In this document: piece after piece, positions 61,699-64,000 of the stretch
Layout: each line of letters begins with the position of its first letter
How positions within the stretch are numbered: position 1 is the first letter of the stretch
Assembly: GCA_965644265.1 (NCBI GenBank)
Contig: OZ286466.1
Location: 63,860,001 to 63,924,000, forward strand
Length of the DNA stretch: 64,000 bases
Direction of reading: 5' to 3'
Origin: Glycera tridactyla
Lineage: Eukaryota
Position numbers and translations under genes: made by a program
The notes under the pieces: generated by a model
What the model saw: only the letters and a program-made list of their open reading frames with translations
Told to the model about the DNA's origin: nothing
Database searches by the model: none

Positions 61699-61765
61699 AT
61701 GCCAACGTCAGGGACTGTTGACAATACATGATTCCAGTTTTGTCAACAGTCCCTGACTTTGGCAT
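61699..61765. repeat. Inverted repeat: 26-bp stem (1 mismatch), 15-nt loop
   Basis: atgccaacgtcagggactgttgacaa ... ttgtcaacagtccctgactttggcat. Confidence 0.92.
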
Positions 61766-62334
61766 TGAGGGTTATATGAAGGAGAAATACTCCTTATATA
61801 TCAAGGTAATATGTGTTTAGGGTATGTCCAGCCCTGAAACTGACAGAATTTACCTCGGAGAGGCAAACCATTAGTAGTTTTTGTATTCATACGTCTTTGA
61901 GAGCACTATTTCAACTCTATCAAAGTAAACACACACTCGCCCACACACGAGTTGTCTGATAATCAATGAGATTTCATGGAGATAGAGAGGAATAAGTCTT
62001 ATCATCCGATTGAGGGGGTATCGTGTATATAATCGACGTTCACCGTGTACGTACGAAGGGATCGTATAACCTCGAATAGTATACTCCTCGTGGTATAACT
62101 ATTCCGATGCTTGCACGCCACCGCTGATTGGCCATAGAACAATCGCGGTCAAAGGTCAACTTGCAGCGTCGCGAGTTCGATTTGTATAGCGTCACGGCAA
62201 ACGTTAGGAAAGATGCCTCAAGAAAATTGCTGTAACTCGACAACCCCTGGTCCGATTTTCACAATCTAAAGACCAAATTGAAGGTAATACATCATTCTAT
62301 CGATTCATCGAATGATAAATACAGAATAACACTC

Positions 62335-62460
62335 GTGCCGTGTACGATGCGAGCGTATGCGTCTCGTAGCGGAGCCTGGAGACGCACTCGTGGCCTCCGG
62401 CCACTCGTGCGTCCCTGTGGCCCCGCTACTTGACGCGTACGCTCTCATCGTACACGGCAC
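62335..62460. repeat. 126-bp GC-rich imperfect palindrome
   Basis: Outer 42-bp stem with 5 mismatches; inner gacgcac-tc-gtggcc-tcc-ggccac-tc-gtgcgtc. Confidence 0.9.
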
Positions 62461-63114
62461 TCGGGGCATTCTATATAAATATCCTGCCTGTTGATCCTGG
62501 CAGTTGATCTCACCAAACCGCATCCATGCAAATCTGGCGAAGTATATTGCAATATCCTAAAAAAAGGGTTGAAACAGAAACAAGTAAAGCATTTGAAAGA
62601 AATAATTATTGATATGACATTTCACTTATTCATTGGTGAACAAAAGAAAATACAATGTAATCAAAAAAGATCAAGTATCGTAGATACCGTGCCTTCTTCA
62701 CAATGGGATGAATAGATATCATATTTCAGCTGCGTGTGAGTGTACCTGGTGTAATACAATACTATATCATAGGACTAGAATACGTGCAGAGATTGCGCAC
62801 TCATTCACCAATGATTACAGGCGATGGAGATAACAGATACCGATAAGAGAAATAGGTTTTTTGAGTGCAGTGAGATACTGTAATATAATGATTTTTGATT
62901 CAAACCAATAACAGGTCAAGTACAGGAGAAAGTGGAGAAATCCAATGATATTGACTGGCTAAAGGACACTATTGCGTAGTCATGTGATGGTTAGGAATTT
63001 TCCTTGATGAGATGGATGATGTCCGACAAGCATTACCCTCCATCACTAGTCCTGTGCCATCACATAGATCCATATGGTCTGAGTCTTCCACATAGTAGAC
63101 AACAGGTACTAGGA

Positions 63115-64000
63115 GTAGTTCATATACTCTTCATCTCCCCTCCACCCAGGTGATAATGCGCACTGATCCACAAAAAGTGATGAGGAGGAAATATTACATC
63201 CAATTCTGAAATGTTCATGCTTGGTCAGGCCTTTGGGGCCTATCATTGTGGAGTCGAGTGAGAAAATGATTGATTGAAAGATTGATTGATTGATTGATTG
63301 AATGATTGGTTGATTGAATGATTGATTGATCGGGGCTTCACGTCTCTCCTCTGAAAACTCAAAGCTCACGTTTTCTGGTATTCCATGATCCTCACCCTTC
63401 CCCTCCCGATTTTCTCTTCCTAAGACCCCAGATGTATCCGTTTCGGTAACCTCTTAAATGACCCCTGCAAAAAAGAACCCCCACCTCCTGAATGACCACT
63501 CTGACCACCCTCCCCCCCCCCCCACCCATACCAAACCCCCCTCCCTCATCCTAGATCCAATACCCACTCCCTCCCTCTTTTATATGTATACAGTCGAACT
63601 TCTCTATAAAGACCGGCTTCGGTTGCATCGAAAAGTGGCCTTTGTAGGGAGGTAGTCTTCATGGAGAGGTGGTCTTCAGAGGAAGTTTGACTGCATATGT
63701 TTTCTCGTTATATACTTTTTCTTTCGTCTACATTGGAAAAGTTTCATTTTCTGAAGTAATGATGTGTTGATCATATGAAAGAAAGTTCCACTAGCAAACA
63801 AACAAACCTAGGCAGGATTATTCATATACTCCCAAGGATGGTCTGAAATGTTCGTGCTCGGTCAGGCTTCCGGGGCCTATTATTGTGGACTGGAGTGAGA
63901 CCGTGTTTGATTGAGGGGATGATTGATTGATTGATTGATTGTCGAGTGTTGACTGTTGGTTGATTGTTGAATAATTGATTGAATAGGGCTCAACGTCCCT
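63115..64000. repeat. Two diverged copies (about 63115-63350 and 63825-64000) of a repeat carrying (GATT)n
   Basis: Shared tctgaaatgttc.tgct.ggtcaggc.t..ggggcctat.attgtgga...gagtgaga + (GATT)n + ggggct..acgtc.ct. Confidence 0.7.
63591..63693. mobile_element. Small Tc1/mariner(pogo/Tigger)-type MITE
   Basis: Imperfect TIRs cagtcgaacttctctataaagacc / ggtcttcagaggaagtttgactg; TA at left flank, CA at right flank. Confidence 0.55.

Overview
Animal (probably marine-invertebrate) nuclear DNA from a gapped draft assembly: 12 N-gaps and many microsatellites; the taxon cannot be determined from the sequence. (1) One giant minus-strand gene. Seven coding exons were reconstructed by hand (38514->9689); all six introns are GT-AG and phase-consistent. 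They give a 14,163-nt CDS (about 4,720 aa) that is almost entirely low-complexity/disordered and ends in a complete MYND zinc finger split over the last two exons. (2) A full-length but inactivated DIRS1-type tyrosine-recombinase retrotransposon (54780-61609, minus strand) with both ITRs, the terminal extension, the ICR, and decayed gag, RT/RNaseH/methyltransferase and YR frames. The rest is introns and intergenic DNA with minisatellites (one with a 5-mer higher-order repeat, one that switches strand), a 1.25-kb tandem duplication, LINE and MITE remnants, and long palindromes sharing an unusual TC.TC-mismatch / GGCC-TYC-GGCC apex. No rRNA, tRNA or CRISPR array is supported. All counts and alignments were done by eye.
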